NCBI GenBank assembly: GCA_963771175.1
Contig: CAVYSY010000006.1
Span: 1-64,000, forward strand
Length of the DNA stretch: 64,000 nucleotides
Origin: an uncultured delta proteobacterium
GTDB taxonomy: Bacteria; Myxococcota; Myxococcia; Myxococcales; Myxococcaceae
Reading direction: 5' to 3'
Part shown: positions 52,532-63,456 of the stretch, piece by piece
How the letters are laid out: each line of letters opens with the position of its first letter
How positions within the stretch are numbered: the stretch's first letter is position 1
The notes under the pieces: generated by a model
The model's database searches: none
What the model saw: the letters and a program-made list of their open reading frames with translations, nothing else
What the model was told of the DNA's origin: nothing
Made by a program: the position numbers and the translations under genes

Positions 52532-55156
52532 TCAGGGCAGCGGCATGTCGCCCAGGTCGAGCTCCTGGCCCTCCTTCACCTCCACCAGGAGCTGTTTGAC
52601 GTCTCCGTTCACACCGAGGCCCACGGTGTGCTCGCCCTCTGGCAGCCCCTCGAGCAGGAAGCGTCCATCGGCGCCCGTGATGGATGGGGCCACGGAGAGC
52701 GACGACGAAACGAACACGGTGACTCCGGCCACCGGAGCCCGCCCCTCCAGGTCCAGCAGCCTGCCGCGCACCCGGGCCGTGTCGCGCACGACGAGCTCCA
52801 GCTCGGTGCTCGCGCCGGGCGTGAAGGGCACCAGCGTCCCTCCCCTCGCCCCGTCCTCCGTGTGGACCTCCACCATCAGGGGCTCGCCCGGCAGCCCCTT
52901 CACCTCGAAGCGCTCCCCCGAGAACCGCCGCTCGTACCCCGCCCACAACGACTCCTGGGCATTCATCGCGCGCAGGCCGAGGACGAAGCCGCGCACCGGA
53001 GCGCCCCCGGGGCGCACCACGCGGCCCCGGAGCGTGCCCGCCGGCTGGAGCCTCACCACCACCTCCCGCCCCGTCCTCGCCCCCTCGACGGTGCCCAGGT
53101 GGCCTCCGTTCCCCGCCTGAATCCGGAGCGGAATTTCGGACGGAGCCTCGGTCTCGAAGCGCCCCTCCGCGTCCGCGGACACCATGAAGTACAACCGCGC
53201 CTCCTCCGTGGGGCCCCGCCCGGAGACGAGCGCCCCGGGCGAGGGCGTGCCGTCCGGCTCCAGCACGCGCCCTCGCAGCTGGCCCCGCGGGTACTCGGGC
53301 TCCTCCAGCACCAGCTCCAGCCGGAGCGTCCTTCCCGACTCCACCCGCACGAACTCCGGTTCGCGCTGGCGGGGGCCTCCCTCCTCCGGGTGGTCGGCGA
53401 CCACCTCGTAGCCGCCCGGAGGCAGCACCAGACGGAAGAAGCCCGAGGCGTCCACCTCGGTGCTTCCGGTGCTCCCCTGGTCCGGCGAGTCGTACGCCCG
53501 CCGCGGGAGGGCATGCACCTGGAGGGGCCTCGCGGGCCGCGGTCCCGAGGCCACGCGGACCACTCCCTCCACGATGCCCGTCTCCTCGAAGACGAAGTCC
53601 GCCCTCGCCGTGTCGCCCTCCTGCACCTGGACATACCGGGAGCCCCCGCCGTCCACCCCCTCGCGATGCGCGGAGAGGAGCACCTGGCCCACGGCGAGTC
53701 CCTCGAGCCGGTAGACGCCCTCGGCATTGGTGCGAGCCTCGGGGCGAGTGGTGCTCAGGCTCTCGAGCCACCACCGCTCGCCCACCACCACCCGCACGCC
53801 CTCGAGCGGCCGGCCAGCCGCGTCCCGCACCGTGCCCTCCACGGCGCCGACGCCCGACAGCTCCGCCTCCAGGAGGAAGCGCTCGCCCGGGGCCAGCGTC
53901 ACCCCGCGCTGGAAGAACTCGGAGAAGCCCGGGGCCGTCACCACCACGTCATGCGCGCCAGCGGCGAGGCCCCCGATGGCATAGTGCCCCCGCTCGTCCG
54001 TCACCGCTCGTCCCGAGTCCCCGTGCTCTCCCGCGGGGCTGACGTGGACGGTGGCACCCACCACGGGAGCCCCGCTCCTTCGCGCCACCACCCGGCCCTC
54101 GAAGCGCGCCCCCGCGCCGAGCCGCACCCGCACGCCCCGCACCGTCCCGCCCGCGGCCACCACCACCGGGCTGTCCAGCGCGCCCGCCTCGTCCCCCCGG
54201 CGCGCGGACACCCCGTGGGGCCCTGCCTCCACCTCCGCGGAGAAGCCACCTCCCGGGCCCGTGGTGACCACCACCGGGGGGTAGCCGCCATTCACCAGCA
54301 CCTCGGCGCCCGGGGCGGGCCGTCCCGAGGCATCCACGACGAAGCCCTCGATGACGCCCGCCCGGGACAGGGCGACCTCCAGCGGCTCCGTGGCCGGCAC
54401 GCGCACGTCGCGCAGGAACACCTGCCCGTGTCCCGGCGCCCGCGCCCACAGCGCCCACGCGCCGGAGGCCAACCCCTCCACACGGAAGGCGCCCCGGGCG
54501 TCGCTGGTGGCATACACCCGCTCCTCCTCGGGAGCCTCCGCGGCCTCCCAGTCCTCCAGCTTCCGGCCATGAGGAATGAAGCTGAGCGTCACCAGCGGCA
54601 GCGGCTCGCCGGTGCCCCGCACCACGGTGCGCCCGACGAGGCCGTGCCCCGCCTCGAGCGTTACCCGCAGGTGGGTGAGGGCCTCGCCTGAGGGGCGCAC
54701 CACATCGCGCCACCCCGGGGCCTTGTCCGGGGCCCGCACGGCCACGAAGTAGTCGCCGGGCCCCGAGGCCAGCCGCAGGCGTCCCCGCTCATCCGTGGAG
54801 CCCGAGGCCACCCGGCGCCAGCTCACCTCGCCCACGTTGGGATCGCGCCCCCCCCGCTCGTACAGCCGCACGTTGGCGCCGGGAATCGGCCGCTCTCCCT
54901 CGAGCACCTCCACCTCCAGGAAGCCCTCGGCCCCCGCCTCCGGGGCGCCGGGTCCCCCCACCCCCTCGGGGTGCTCCGGCTGGCCCACCGCGCCCGACGG
55001 CCCTGGCTTCGGCGCGCCCGGAGCACGCGCCAGGGTGGAGCCGGAGAGCGCGGACGCCACGGACGTCTCGGCCATCCGCGAGCGGAAGAGGAGGAGGAGG
55101 AGCAACAGCCCCAGTCCCAGCACCAGGGCCCACATCACGAGCATGCGCTTACGCAT
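52532..55156 (-). CDS. Carboxypeptidase regulatory-like (beta-sandwich) repeat protein with N-terminal anchor
   Basis: Repeated GxVxDxxGxP / TDxxGxF units. Confidence 0.88.
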   Translation of the reverse strand: MRKRMLVMWALVLGLGLLLLLLLFRSRMAETSVASALSGSTLARAPGAPKPGPSGAVGQPEHPEGVGGPGAPEAGAEGFLEVEVLEGERPIPGANVRLYERGGRDPNVGEVSWRRVASGSTDERGRLRLASGPGDYFVAVRAPDKAPGWRDVVRPSGEALTHLRVTLEAGHGLVGRTVVRGTGEPLPLVTLSFIPHGRKLEDWEAAEAPEEERVYATSDARGAFRVEGLASGAWALWARAPGHGQVFLRDVRVPATEPLEVALSRAGVIEGFVVDASGRPAPGAEVLVNGGYPPVVVTTGPGGGFSAEVEAGPHGVSARRGDEAGALDSPVVVAAGGTVRGVRVRLGAGARFEGRVVARRSGAPVVGATVHVSPAGEHGDSGRAVTDERGHYAIGGLAAGAHDVVVTAPGFSEFFQRGVTLAPGERFLLEAELSGVGAVEGTVRDAAGRPLEGVRVVVGERWWLESLSTTRPEARTNAEGVYRLEGLAVGQVLLSAHREGVDGGGSRYVQVQEGDTARADFVFEETGIVEGVVRVASGPRPARPLQVHALPRRAYDSPDQGSTGSTEVDASGFFRLVLPPGGYEVVADHPEEGGPRQREPEFVRVESGRTLRLELVLEEPEYPRGQLRGRVLEPDGTPSPGALVSGRGPTEEARLYFMVSADAEGRFETEAPSEIPLRIQAGNGGHLGTVEGARTGREVVVRLQPAGTLRGRVVRPGGAPVRGFVLGLRAMNAQESLWAGYERRFSGERFEVKGLPGEPLMVEVHTEDGARGGTLVPFTPGASTELELVVRDTARVRGRLLDLEGRAPVAGVTVFVSSSLSVAPSITGADGRFLLEGLPEGEHTVGLGVNGDVKQLLVEVKEGQELDLGDMPLP

Positions 55157-55208
55157 GGTCCCTCTTTCCCACCCCCAGCCCCGGGAGGCGAGTGGGAATG
55201 CCCCGGCC

Positions 55209-55238
55209 ACTCCAGCACGCAGCCCTCTCGGGCGCTCA
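55209..55238. repeat. 30-bp direct repeat, copy 1 (att-like)
   Basis: ACTCCAGCACGCAGCCCTCTCGGGCGCTCA, identical to 59495-59524. Confidence 0.92.
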
Positions 55239-55387
55239 GTCTCCGAGCCTTCACGCGGTGCGCGGACCCATTCACGAGCCCAAACACAGTGAATGGCTCC
55301 AGTGGAGCCCGTTCGTCCCGTACTTTACAGATGGCTCTTTCAAGAAGAACATGGGTCTTGAAAATCAAAAGAAGTTGGAGGGGGAGC

Positions 55388-57711
55388 ATGCCTCGTGTGG
55401 CGCCATGGCTTATCGTACTCCTTGCCTCGCTGACGCTCGCGTCTGCCGCAGATGCGGCGCAGGAAGTCGATGCAGGAACGATTCCCGCGCTGCGGATGAC
55501 CGTACGCACAGTGGGTGACCCTGACCGCGGGCAGCCGACTGCGACAGACGGAGGCCTCGACGACGGGCAGCCGATTGAGATTGAGATGGAGCTGCCCCCA
55601 GAGATCCCGCTCGATCTCCCCTTCGAGCTGCGTACGTGGCTTCCAGCGGAAGTCGAGGCCGCATCTGCCGAATACTGGCGTGCCGGAGGAGAGTGCACCC
55701 AAGCCGCCGATGCAGGGGAGTCTCGACTACCGCTCAAGACCGTGGTGCAAGTCATCCAAGCCCCGGTGGATACAACCGACGCAGGCTTCGTCCAGCACGG
55801 AAAGGAGCTCATCATCAGCGTGCCCGTCCTCTCGGAGCCGTGGTGGTCCCACTGCTTCGCGGTGGAGCTGTGGCTCCGGGATGATAGTGGGCCGTTCACC
55901 AGTGTGCGACTGACGGCTCTGATTCGCGAGCTCTCCGGTGCTCTCAACGAGGCTGGACAGGTGACCCCGGTCGATATGCGCAACGCCGCAGCCGCCGCTG
56001 ACATCGTTCAGGACTGCCGTCTCCATAAAGGGTGGAGCCAGCGCTATGCTTGCGAGACCGCGGTCAACAGTGTCGTCAATGACCTTTCGAAAAACCCCGC
56101 GTTTACTCGCGTACAGAAGAAGGCGCACGAGCTCCGTGAAAAGCTCGACGAGTTGCGGAAGGATGCTGCGACCTTGAATGAGCAGGGTCTTGTCATACCG
56201 AGCTACGAGGAGCTCATTTCTCAATATGGGCACGAGCCCACGACTCCGTCGCAGGCCGCCCACCAGAATCTGGACGAGGCTCAGGCGGAGGTGGGGTTCA
56301 GGCGCGACCAGCTCGTGCGAGATGCGGAGATGAGCGAGGAGATCGCGAGCGCGCTCGGTCTGACGCTCGACTCGAAGCGCACCGCGAGCACTCTCGAGCA
56401 GAAGCTCAACCAACGGTTCGCCAGGTTCCAGCTCATGGACCGGACGGGGGCGAGGACTGCGGCGCGCGAACTCTACGAGGTGGAGAAACTCGCCGCGGAG
56501 ACCTCCTCGATGCTCCGCCTCAAATGGTTCGAGCAGATCCGCGACAAGGTGAAAGCACGCGAGCTTCAGTTGAAGCAGCAGCTCAAGGAGCAGCAGCTCG
56601 CGTCCACTCAGCTCGAGGCGCAGAGGGTCGAAGCAAGACGGGCATGGGATTCGCTCGAGGGGGATCTCGTGCTCGCCCGCAAGGGGAGAGCCGAACAGCT
56701 CAAGCCGATCATGGACAAGCTGGGGAAGATCCAAGAGCTCGAATCCAATCTCGAGAAGGCCAAAGCGGAGCTTGCCACCGCGCATCAGCAGACGAATCCG
56801 CCCGCTGACGCGTCCCGGCTCAAGGTATTGGAGAAGGCGGTCACCGATGCGAAGACCGCGCTCGCCAATGCGCAACCAGACAAGGTCAAGAAGGACTACG
56901 AGCTCACGGCGGCGAAGTACGATGGGCTGGAAAAGTGGATCGTCTCTCGTATCGTCACGGCCAGCAACGTTCACCTCGTGCTCGAAACTTCAAAGCTCGC
57001 GACCGATGCGAAAAGCCAGGCGACGAAGGCTTCGATCGATGCATGCACTCGCGTACTCGAGCAGGCCGACGGCGTCGAGTCCAAGGCGCTCGACTACGAG
57101 AATGCCTTCAGGGTCGCGGTCTCCACACTCCGTGCGTCGACGATTTCCGTCGTCCGTCCTCAAGGTCACGCCCGCTCACGACCCGCGGCGACACACGTGG
57201 GCCGTGCGTACGGCTTCTTCTCGACGGACGTGGGGTTCGCGGCGGTCGCTCCTCGCTTTGGAGAGCCACACCCGATGGCCTTCGTCCAACTGAGCATTCG
57301 CTCGGTCAGGTCAGTTGGGATCACGGCATCGGAGCGGTCGACGTGCCGAAGGGGACCGACAAGAGTACGAAGCTCCGCTGGTGGCTCGGGCAGCGTTTGG
57401 CGTTCAACTTCGGTCTCAGTATGAACCTGCGGGCGATTCGGACTCCTGACGGCCAACTTCAAGGGTTGTTCGGTCCCTCGACTCCCATGGGCCTGCTCGG
57501 GGTCGGCTTCCGCATCACCGAGTTCCTCAAGCTCAATGCCGGCACGGCCTTCGGGACCACCCAGCCCGAGCTACCCGGTGTTGGCAATCGCCTGCATGTC
57601 TTGCCCTACGCCGGCGTGTCCATCGACATTCCCGTGTACAAGGCCGTAGGCAAAGCGCTGAAACCCGCGCTTGGAACCCAGTTCTCCACCCTTGAACCCG
57701 AACTGAAATAG
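55388..57711 (+). CDS. Large secreted protein with long coiled-coil and beta-rich C-terminus; frameshift near 57300
   Basis: Signal peptide MPRVAPWLIVLLASLTLASAADA; E/K/Q/L/A-rich heptads; continuation in ORF 56935..57711 (LLGVGFRITEFLKLNAG, PYAGVSIDIPV). Confidence 0.7.
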
Positions 57712-57721
57712 TGGAGGCGCC

Positions 57722-57910
57722 ATGCTCAGTCTTCAGATTCGTCCGCAGGACGTGGCAGTGAAGTCCGGGAAGACGCGGACCCTCGAGCTCGACGTCGACT
57801 CAACGCGCCATGCCGACGTGCAGGTGGTGCCGCAGGCGACCGTCAAGGGGAAGAAGGCCTGGTACGCGCCGGAAGGCAACGCCCAAACCATGCTCTCGGT
57901 GCACCCATGA
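57722..57910 (+). CDS. Small hypothetical protein (62 aa)
   Basis: GGAGG RBS; stop overlaps the next ATG (ATGA). Confidence 0.55.
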   Translation: MLSLQIRPQDVAVKSGKTRTLELDVDSTRHADVQVVPQATVKGKKAWYAPEGNAQTMLSVHP

Positions 57911-59424
57911 CTCAGCGATGCATCGTCTTCGGGCTGGTGCTGCTCATCCTGAGCTGCTCCAGTGAATCTTCCCTGCAAACGAAACCATGCGCCGTCGACC
58001 TCCAGGGGGAGTGGGTCCCGAATGATGGCAACCCGGTTCTCGCTTGTGGTGGGGACACGCTCGCAATCGCCATCACAGGTCCCTCCCAACAAATCTTCGC
58101 GGACGACCGCACGCTGCTCGATGTCACGGTGAAGGTCGGCCGCGATTTCGAGCTGAGCGCCGCCCAGGTTGAACTGATTGCCACGGGGGGAGTGTTCCCC
58201 AGCGCGGGTGCGCCGCCGGATAACAGCGTCCAGGAACCGTCGCGAACGGTGGTGTCGACGGATGGCCACGGAACCGCTTCGACCGTGCTCAAGGTGGGGA
58301 GCACCGCGCGGAAGCTCGTGCTTCACGGTCGGGTCATCGGCCATGCCAACGCGGCGGACGCGGGTGTTGGTCTCGTTGATACCGTCGTGTACCTGGACCT
58401 GGCACCCGTCGAGGTCTCCAGGACCATTCTCTCGACGAGTGGAGCGCCCGAGCTCCAGCCGGGAGGCTCTGTCGAGATCACCCTACGCGGCTACGCGGAT
58501 GAAGCGCTTCAGGTGCCCGCGGGCAAGGCGGCGCTCGAGCTGTGTCTCCAGGGGCAGCCCGGACTCTCCGCCAATGCCACCCAGTGGATCCTTGGAGGGG
58601 ACGGGTCGAGCAAGGCGATCGTGCTCGCCTCGCGCGAGATGGACTCGAGCGGGAAGGTGACGATCCGCGCGTGTCCGGCGAGTGTCGGTTGTTCGGTCTC
58701 GCCCGCGTGTGGCGCGATCGAGCTGACGGTGAAGCCGGCGGTGAGACCCGTCCGGAGGATCGCGCTCAGCATCGACTCGCCCCTCATGAAGGTGGGTGAC
58801 AGTCGAACCATCACCGCCTTCGGGTATACAGACCCCGAGTATCTCTTCCCCGCGGCGAAGGGCACGGCACTCCGTTTCTGTGCGTCTCATCCGGGCGTGC
58901 TCAATACGAACCTCGGCCAGCTCGACGATTCGGGCAAGACCACGGTACAGCTCCGCGCCCTCTCGGCGACCACCAGCGAGCCCGTGCACGTGAGCGCGTG
59001 TCCTTATGAGCTGGATTGCACGACCACAACACTCTCCGAGACGTGTAGTCCCGTTCTGCTCCAATCCGTCAGCGCCCCCGACCCAGCGATCGCCAGCATG
59101 GTGCTGACCTTCGCCGCTCCGCCCTTCAAGGAGGGTCAGGCAGGGACTGTGACGATCGCCGCCTATTCGAACGCAGCGCGAACGGTGACGTCTCCCCCGA
59201 ACCATCCCGTTCGCTACTGCGTTGATCCAGCTCGCGCGGTGCTGTCTTCCACAGCAGGATTTCTTGATTCCTCGGGTCGAGCGACCGTGACCCTGACCCC
59301 GCTGCCGGGAAGCACGGCGGATGGCCCGCTCGCATTCACCGCATGTCCGTATGATGTCTCGTGCAGCACGCCGGACTCCTCATGCCGGACGGAATCGGTG
59401 GCCATCGCCGCACCTGCGCCGTAG
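57907..59424 (+). CDS. Lipoprotein with tandem Ig-like (Big/invasin-like) Cys-containing repeats
   Basis: Lipobox ILSC; STDGHGTASTVL, LDDSGKTTVQL, LDSSGRATVTL; repeated ACP...C...C motifs. Confidence 0.75.
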   Translation: MTQRCIVFGLVLLILSCSSESSLQTKPCAVDLQGEWVPNDGNPVLACGGDTLAIAITGPSQQIFADDRTLLDVTVKVGRDFELSAAQVELIATGGVFPSAGAPPDNSVQEPSRTVVSTDGHGTASTVLKVGSTARKLVLHGRVIGHANAADAGVGLVDTVVYLDLAPVEVSRTILSTSGAPELQPGGSVEITLRGYADEALQVPAGKAALELCLQGQPGLSANATQWILGGDGSSKAIVLASREMDSSGKVTIRACPASVGCSVSPACGAIELTVKPAVRPVRRIALSIDSPLMKVGDSRTITAFGYTDPEYLFPAAKGTALRFCASHPGVLNTNLGQLDDSGKTTVQLRALSATTSEPVHVSACPYELDCTTTTLSETCSPVLLQSVSAPDPAIASMVLTFAAPPFKEGQAGTVTIAAYSNAARTVTSPPNHPVRYCVDPARAVLSSTAGFLDSSGRATVTLTPLPGSTADGPLAFTACPYDVSCSTPDSSCRTESVAIAAPAP

Positions 59425-59492
59425 CCGACGGCCTTCTCGAAGCCGGGTGCCAAGGGAAGGCCAGGCCCTCCCCAGTCACCCGCGAGAGGGCC

Positions 59493-59801
59493 CTACTCCA
59501 GCACGCAGCCCTCTCGGGCGCTCACGAAGCGGGCCTTCCCGCCCCACAGCAGCGCCGCGGCCGTCTGCACGCTGCGCTCCTGGTAGTCCACCCGCAACGT
59601 GGCCACCGCGGGGCTCGCCGCCGTCCAGCGCCGGCAGTACTCCTCGCTCATCTCCATCACGAAGACGCAGGAGCAGAAGTCCTTCGCCGTGTACGAGGTG
59701 ACGAGCTGCAAATCATTGTTGTCATACGGCGCCTGCACCGTGTCGCCCCTCCCGCAGGAGAGGGCGGCGGCACACACCACCAGCAGGGCAAGGCGGCTCA
59801 T
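59493..59801 (-). CDS. Small lipoprotein, translationally coupled to the serine hydrolase
   Basis: Lipobox ALSC; AKDFCSCVFV and EGCVL; ATGA overlap. Confidence 0.8.
   Translation of the reverse strand: MSRLALLVVCAAALSCGRGDTVQAPYDNNDLQLVTSYTAKDFCSCVFVMEMSEEYCRRWTAASPAVATLRVDYQERSVQTAAALLWGGKARFVSAREGCVLE
59495..59524. repeat. 30-bp direct repeat, copy 2, forming the 3' end of the small lipoprotein gene
   Basis: Encodes SAREGCVLE on the minus strand; identical to 55209-55238. Confidence 0.92.
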
Positions 59802-60967
59802 GGCTGGTCCTCCACCACCGCGAGCGCCAGCTTCAGCAGGGTGTCCAGGGCGAAGCTCCCGTCCCGGTCATCCGCCGTGCGCACCACGATGAGGTCCTTC
59901 GAGGGAATCACCGTCACCGACTGGCCCCAGTGCCCGCGCGCCGCGTACGCCCCCTCGGGCGCGCTCGGCCACGGCAGCGTGTCCTGCACGCCCGGAATGG
60001 GCCGGTTGAGCCACCACTGCCAGCCCTGCACGTCCCCGGTACCCCAGTCGTACCGCTTCAGGTGGATGGGCCCGGACACCTGCGTGGACTGCGTCACCCA
60101 CCCCTCGGGCAGCACCCGCTCGCCCGCCCAGCACCCGTCATTGAGGTAGAGGAAACCCAGCTTCGCCAGGTCCCTCGGCGTGGCGTGCAGGTACGAGGAG
60201 CCCACCAGCACCCCCTTCCCATCCCGCTCCCAGGTGGCGCTCTTCATCCCCAGCACGTCGAGCAGCAGCGGCCACGCCCAGTCCTTGCCCAGCGAGGGCC
60301 GCAGCGCTCCGTCCAGCACCCCGGCCAGCAGCGTGGTGTCCCCGGACGAGTAGTTCCACGCCGTGCCCGGCTTGTCCCGCAGCGGGTGCGAGGCGATGAA
60401 GGACGGCATGTCCTGGCGACCCTCGCCGTACAGCATCGCCAGCACCGAGGAGCCCTGGTAGCCCGCCGCGTCCTCGTAGTTCTCGTGCCAGTCCAGCCCC
60501 GAGCCGAACTCCAGCAGGTTGCGCACGGTGATGGCGCAGCTCTCCTGCCGCTTCACCTTCAGGTGCTCGCAGATGGAGTCGTCCAGCGCCACCGCGCCCC
60601 GCTTCACCGCGATGCCCGTCAGCGCGCTGGTGAAGCTCTTCGACATCGACCAGGCCAGGTGCCGCTTGCTCGCGTCGAAGCCGCGCCCATAGCGCTCGTA
60701 CACCACCCGCCCGTGGTGGATGAGGAGCAGCGCGTCGGTGCGCACGCCCTTGCGCTCCTCGTCCTTCCCCTCGAGCTTGAAGGCGTAGTCCTCGATCGCC
60801 TGGATTTGCGCGGCCCTCGCCGCCGCCAGCTCCGCCTTGGACTCGGGCCAGTCCTCCGTGGGCCAGACGGGACGCGCGGGGCACTCGGCGGCGCTCGCGG
60901 GGAGCGCGGTGGACAACGCCACCGACAGCAGCGCCGGCAGGGTGAGCTTCTTGGACAGTCGTCTCAT
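59798..60967 (-). CDS. Serine hydrolase, beta-lactamase class C-like family
   Basis: Signal peptide, SMSK (SxxK), PGTAWNYSS, TPRDLAKLG, ARGHWGQ. Confidence 0.92.
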   Translation of the reverse strand: MRRLSKKLTLPALLSVALSTALPASAAECPARPVWPTEDWPESKAELAAARAAQIQAIEDYAFKLEGKDEERKGVRTDALLLIHHGRVVYERYGRGFDASKRHLAWSMSKSFTSALTGIAVKRGAVALDDSICEHLKVKRQESCAITVRNLLEFGSGLDWHENYEDAAGYQGSSVLAMLYGEGRQDMPSFIASHPLRDKPGTAWNYSSGDTTLLAGVLDGALRPSLGKDWAWPLLLDVLGMKSATWERDGKGVLVGSSYLHATPRDLAKLGFLYLNDGCWAGERVLPEGWVTQSTQVSGPIHLKRYDWGTGDVQGWQWWLNRPIPGVQDTLPWPSAPEGAYAARGHWGQSVTVIPSKDLIVVRTADDRDGSFALDTLLKLALAVVEDQP

Positions 60968-60977
60968 GGGGCTCGCC

Positions 60978-61639
60978 TCAGAAGGTGTAGCGCAGCACGG
61001 GCACCACCAGTGCCCTCGAAGTCGCGGTGGCCTCCGCCACGGCGCGCGGCGACTCGGGAACTCGCGTCAGCGTGGGCGGGGCACCGGCGCCGTCGCGCGC
61101 AACGTCAGCGTCACCGCCGTGGGCAGCACCAGCGCCTCCACCAGCGTGAAGAGCGCCGCGTCCCCCAGCCTGTCCACCGTGGCCCCCAGCAGCACCGCCC
61201 CCGTCACCGCCAGCACGTGCACCCCGAGCGCCACCCACACCGCCGGCTGGAAGCGCACGCTCCCGGGCCGCAGCGCGTTGCCCAGCAGCCACTGCGCCCC
61301 CGTCACCGCCAGCGGCGGCAGCGCCAGCAACAGCACCATCGCCGGAGCCGCCGCCAGCACCAGGTTGCTCGACAGCGAGCCCACCCACGCGCTCAGCGCC
61401 AGCGTCGCCGGCACCGCCACCACCGCCGCCCCCGCTCCCGTCGCCAGCTCCAGCGCCATCCACCGCATCGGGTTGTCCGCCATCATCCCCGCCGCGGGTT
61501 GCTCGGGCAGCAACCGCGCCGACTCCGGCGCCGCACGAGCCGTCCAGGGCACCACCAGGAGGACGAGAGTCAGGGCCAGGGCCACGCCGGGGCTCCCGCC
61601 CCCTCCGGCCCGCCGCGCATCCGCACGCACGAGGAACAT
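60978..61639 (-). CDS. Hypothetical membrane protein; probable frameshift near 61070; start approximate
   Basis: Hydrophobic ORF 61067..61639; alternative frame continues to LVVPVLRYTF-stop at 60978. Confidence 0.55.
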
Positions 61640-61711
61640 GGGCCGATGTCATATCACCGACACACTCCGCCCGCGCTCGGGGTAGGGGGCTCTTTCCGTT
61701 ATTCCCAGGCC

Positions 61712-63450
61712 ATGCAAGCGTGGAACGCCACCTCGTGCCTGATTCGAAGCACATCCTCCAACGCTGGCATCCGCTCGCGCGGCTGGCCCTGTTCGCCCTC
61801 GCGTACGGCGCGCAGCACCTGCGCGGGCACTGCGGCTCACCTCCCCGGGCGAGCACATCTCCGCCATGTGGCCCGCCAGCGGCGTGGCGCTCGCCGCCCT
61901 GCTGCTGTCCCGCTTCCGCGACTGGCCCGCCCTCCTCCTGGTGGCCCTCGTGGTGAAGCCGCTCGGCTACGCGCCGGGCCAGGTGCCCTCGCTCCTCGAC
62001 ATCGCCTTCTCCGCCGCCAACGTCCTGGAGGCGCTCACCGGGGCCTGGCTCCTGCGCCGCTACGTCGGCTTCCGTCCCACCCTGGAGCGGGTGCGGGACG
62101 TGCTCGGCGCTCGGGGCGGTGGGAGCCCTGCTGAGCCCCGTGCTCAGCGCCACCCCGACCATCACCCTGCTGGCCCTCCTCGGGAAGGTGGACCTGGCCA
62201 ACTGGGCGAGCCACTGGCGGGTGTACTGGGTGGGCAACGCCATGGGCGTGCTGCTGGTGGCCCCCGCCCTCCTCTCGTGGGCCACGGGGGGCCGCGAGGG
62301 CTGGAGTCGCGCGCGCCAGGGGGAGCTCGCGGCGCTGCTGGGGACGCTGGTGCTCACCATGCACCTGGCCTTCCTGGACCCCCCTCGACGCCGACATCTA
62401 CCACCCCGTCAGCTACCTCGCCCTGCCCTTCATCCTCTGGGCGGCCCTGCGCTTCGAGTCCCGGGGCACCGCCGCGGCCCTGCTCGCGCTGGCCTCCGTC
62501 GTCATCCTCCATACCCTGCAGGGCCATGGGCCCTTCGCCATGGGCCTGTCCGGCACCGGCGCCTCCGGCGAGCGCGCTCATCTTCCTCCAGGCCTTCCTC
62601 GCCGCGCTGGCCAGCTCGGGACTGCTGCTGGCCGCCGCCCTCGGCGAGCGCCGGCATGCCCAGGAGAAGGTCTCCAACCTCAACCGCGAGCTGCGCCAGT
62701 CCCTCGCCGAGCTCGCCGCCGCCCAGCAGGCGCTGGTGCGCCGCGAGCGTCTGGCCGCGCTCGGCGAGATGTCCGTCAGCGTCGCCCACGAGGTGCGCAA
62801 CCCCCTGGCCGCCATCGCCAACTCGGTGGCCGCGCTCACCCGCCTCGCCCGCCCCGAGGACAACAGCACCGCCTGGGAGCTGCTCAGCATCATGGGCGAG
62901 GAGGTCGCCCGGTTGGACCAGCTCGTCCACGGGCTGCTGGACTTCGCCCGGCCCCAGGAGCCGCGCCTGCTGGCCCAGCCGCTCGGCTCCGTGGTGGAGG
63001 GCGCGCTGACGGGCCGCGCTGCGCTCCGTGCCGGGCTCGTCCCAGGTGCGGGTGATGCGCGCGGTGGAGCCGGAGCTGCCCGACTGCCCGCTGGACGCGC
63101 AGTTGCTGCACCTCGCGCTCGGCAACCTCTTCACCAACGCCCTGCAGGCCATGCCCCAGGGCGGCTCGCTCCACGTGGAGCTGCGCCGCGAGGTGCACGA
63201 CGGCCAGCCCCTGGCCTGCCTCGCCATCACCGACTCCGGCCCGGGCATTCCCCCGGAGGTGCTGGCGCGCGTCTTCGAGCCCTTCTACACCACCAAGGCC
63301 GCCGGCATCGGCCTGGGGCTCGCCATCGTGCGCCGCATCGTCGACGCGCACCAGGGCGAGGTGCGGGTCCTCAGCACCATGGGACAGGGGACCCGCGTCG
63401 TCGTCCACCTGCCCCTGGGCAAGGCCCCGCGCGCCTCCTCGGCGGCCTGA
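61712..63450 (+). CDS. MASE1-domain sensor histidine kinase, several frameshifts
   Basis: MWPASGVALAALL, YWVGNAMGVLLVAP, ILWAALRF, AHEVRNPL, NLFTNA, DSGPGI, GLGLAIV across frames. Confidence 0.85.
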
Positions 63451-63456
63451 CTCCCC

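Larger units (their letters stand above)
55239..59494. mobile_element. Putative 4.3-kb integrase-less genomic island
   Basis: Bounded by the 30-bp direct repeat; three co-oriented genes opposite to the flanks, with more A/T-ending codons by eye. Confidence 0.65.

Noticed and set aside
59798..60967. Beta-lactam resistance gene
   Set aside because: SxxK fold only; YSS and the lack of KTG point to an esterase/amidase-type serine hydrolase
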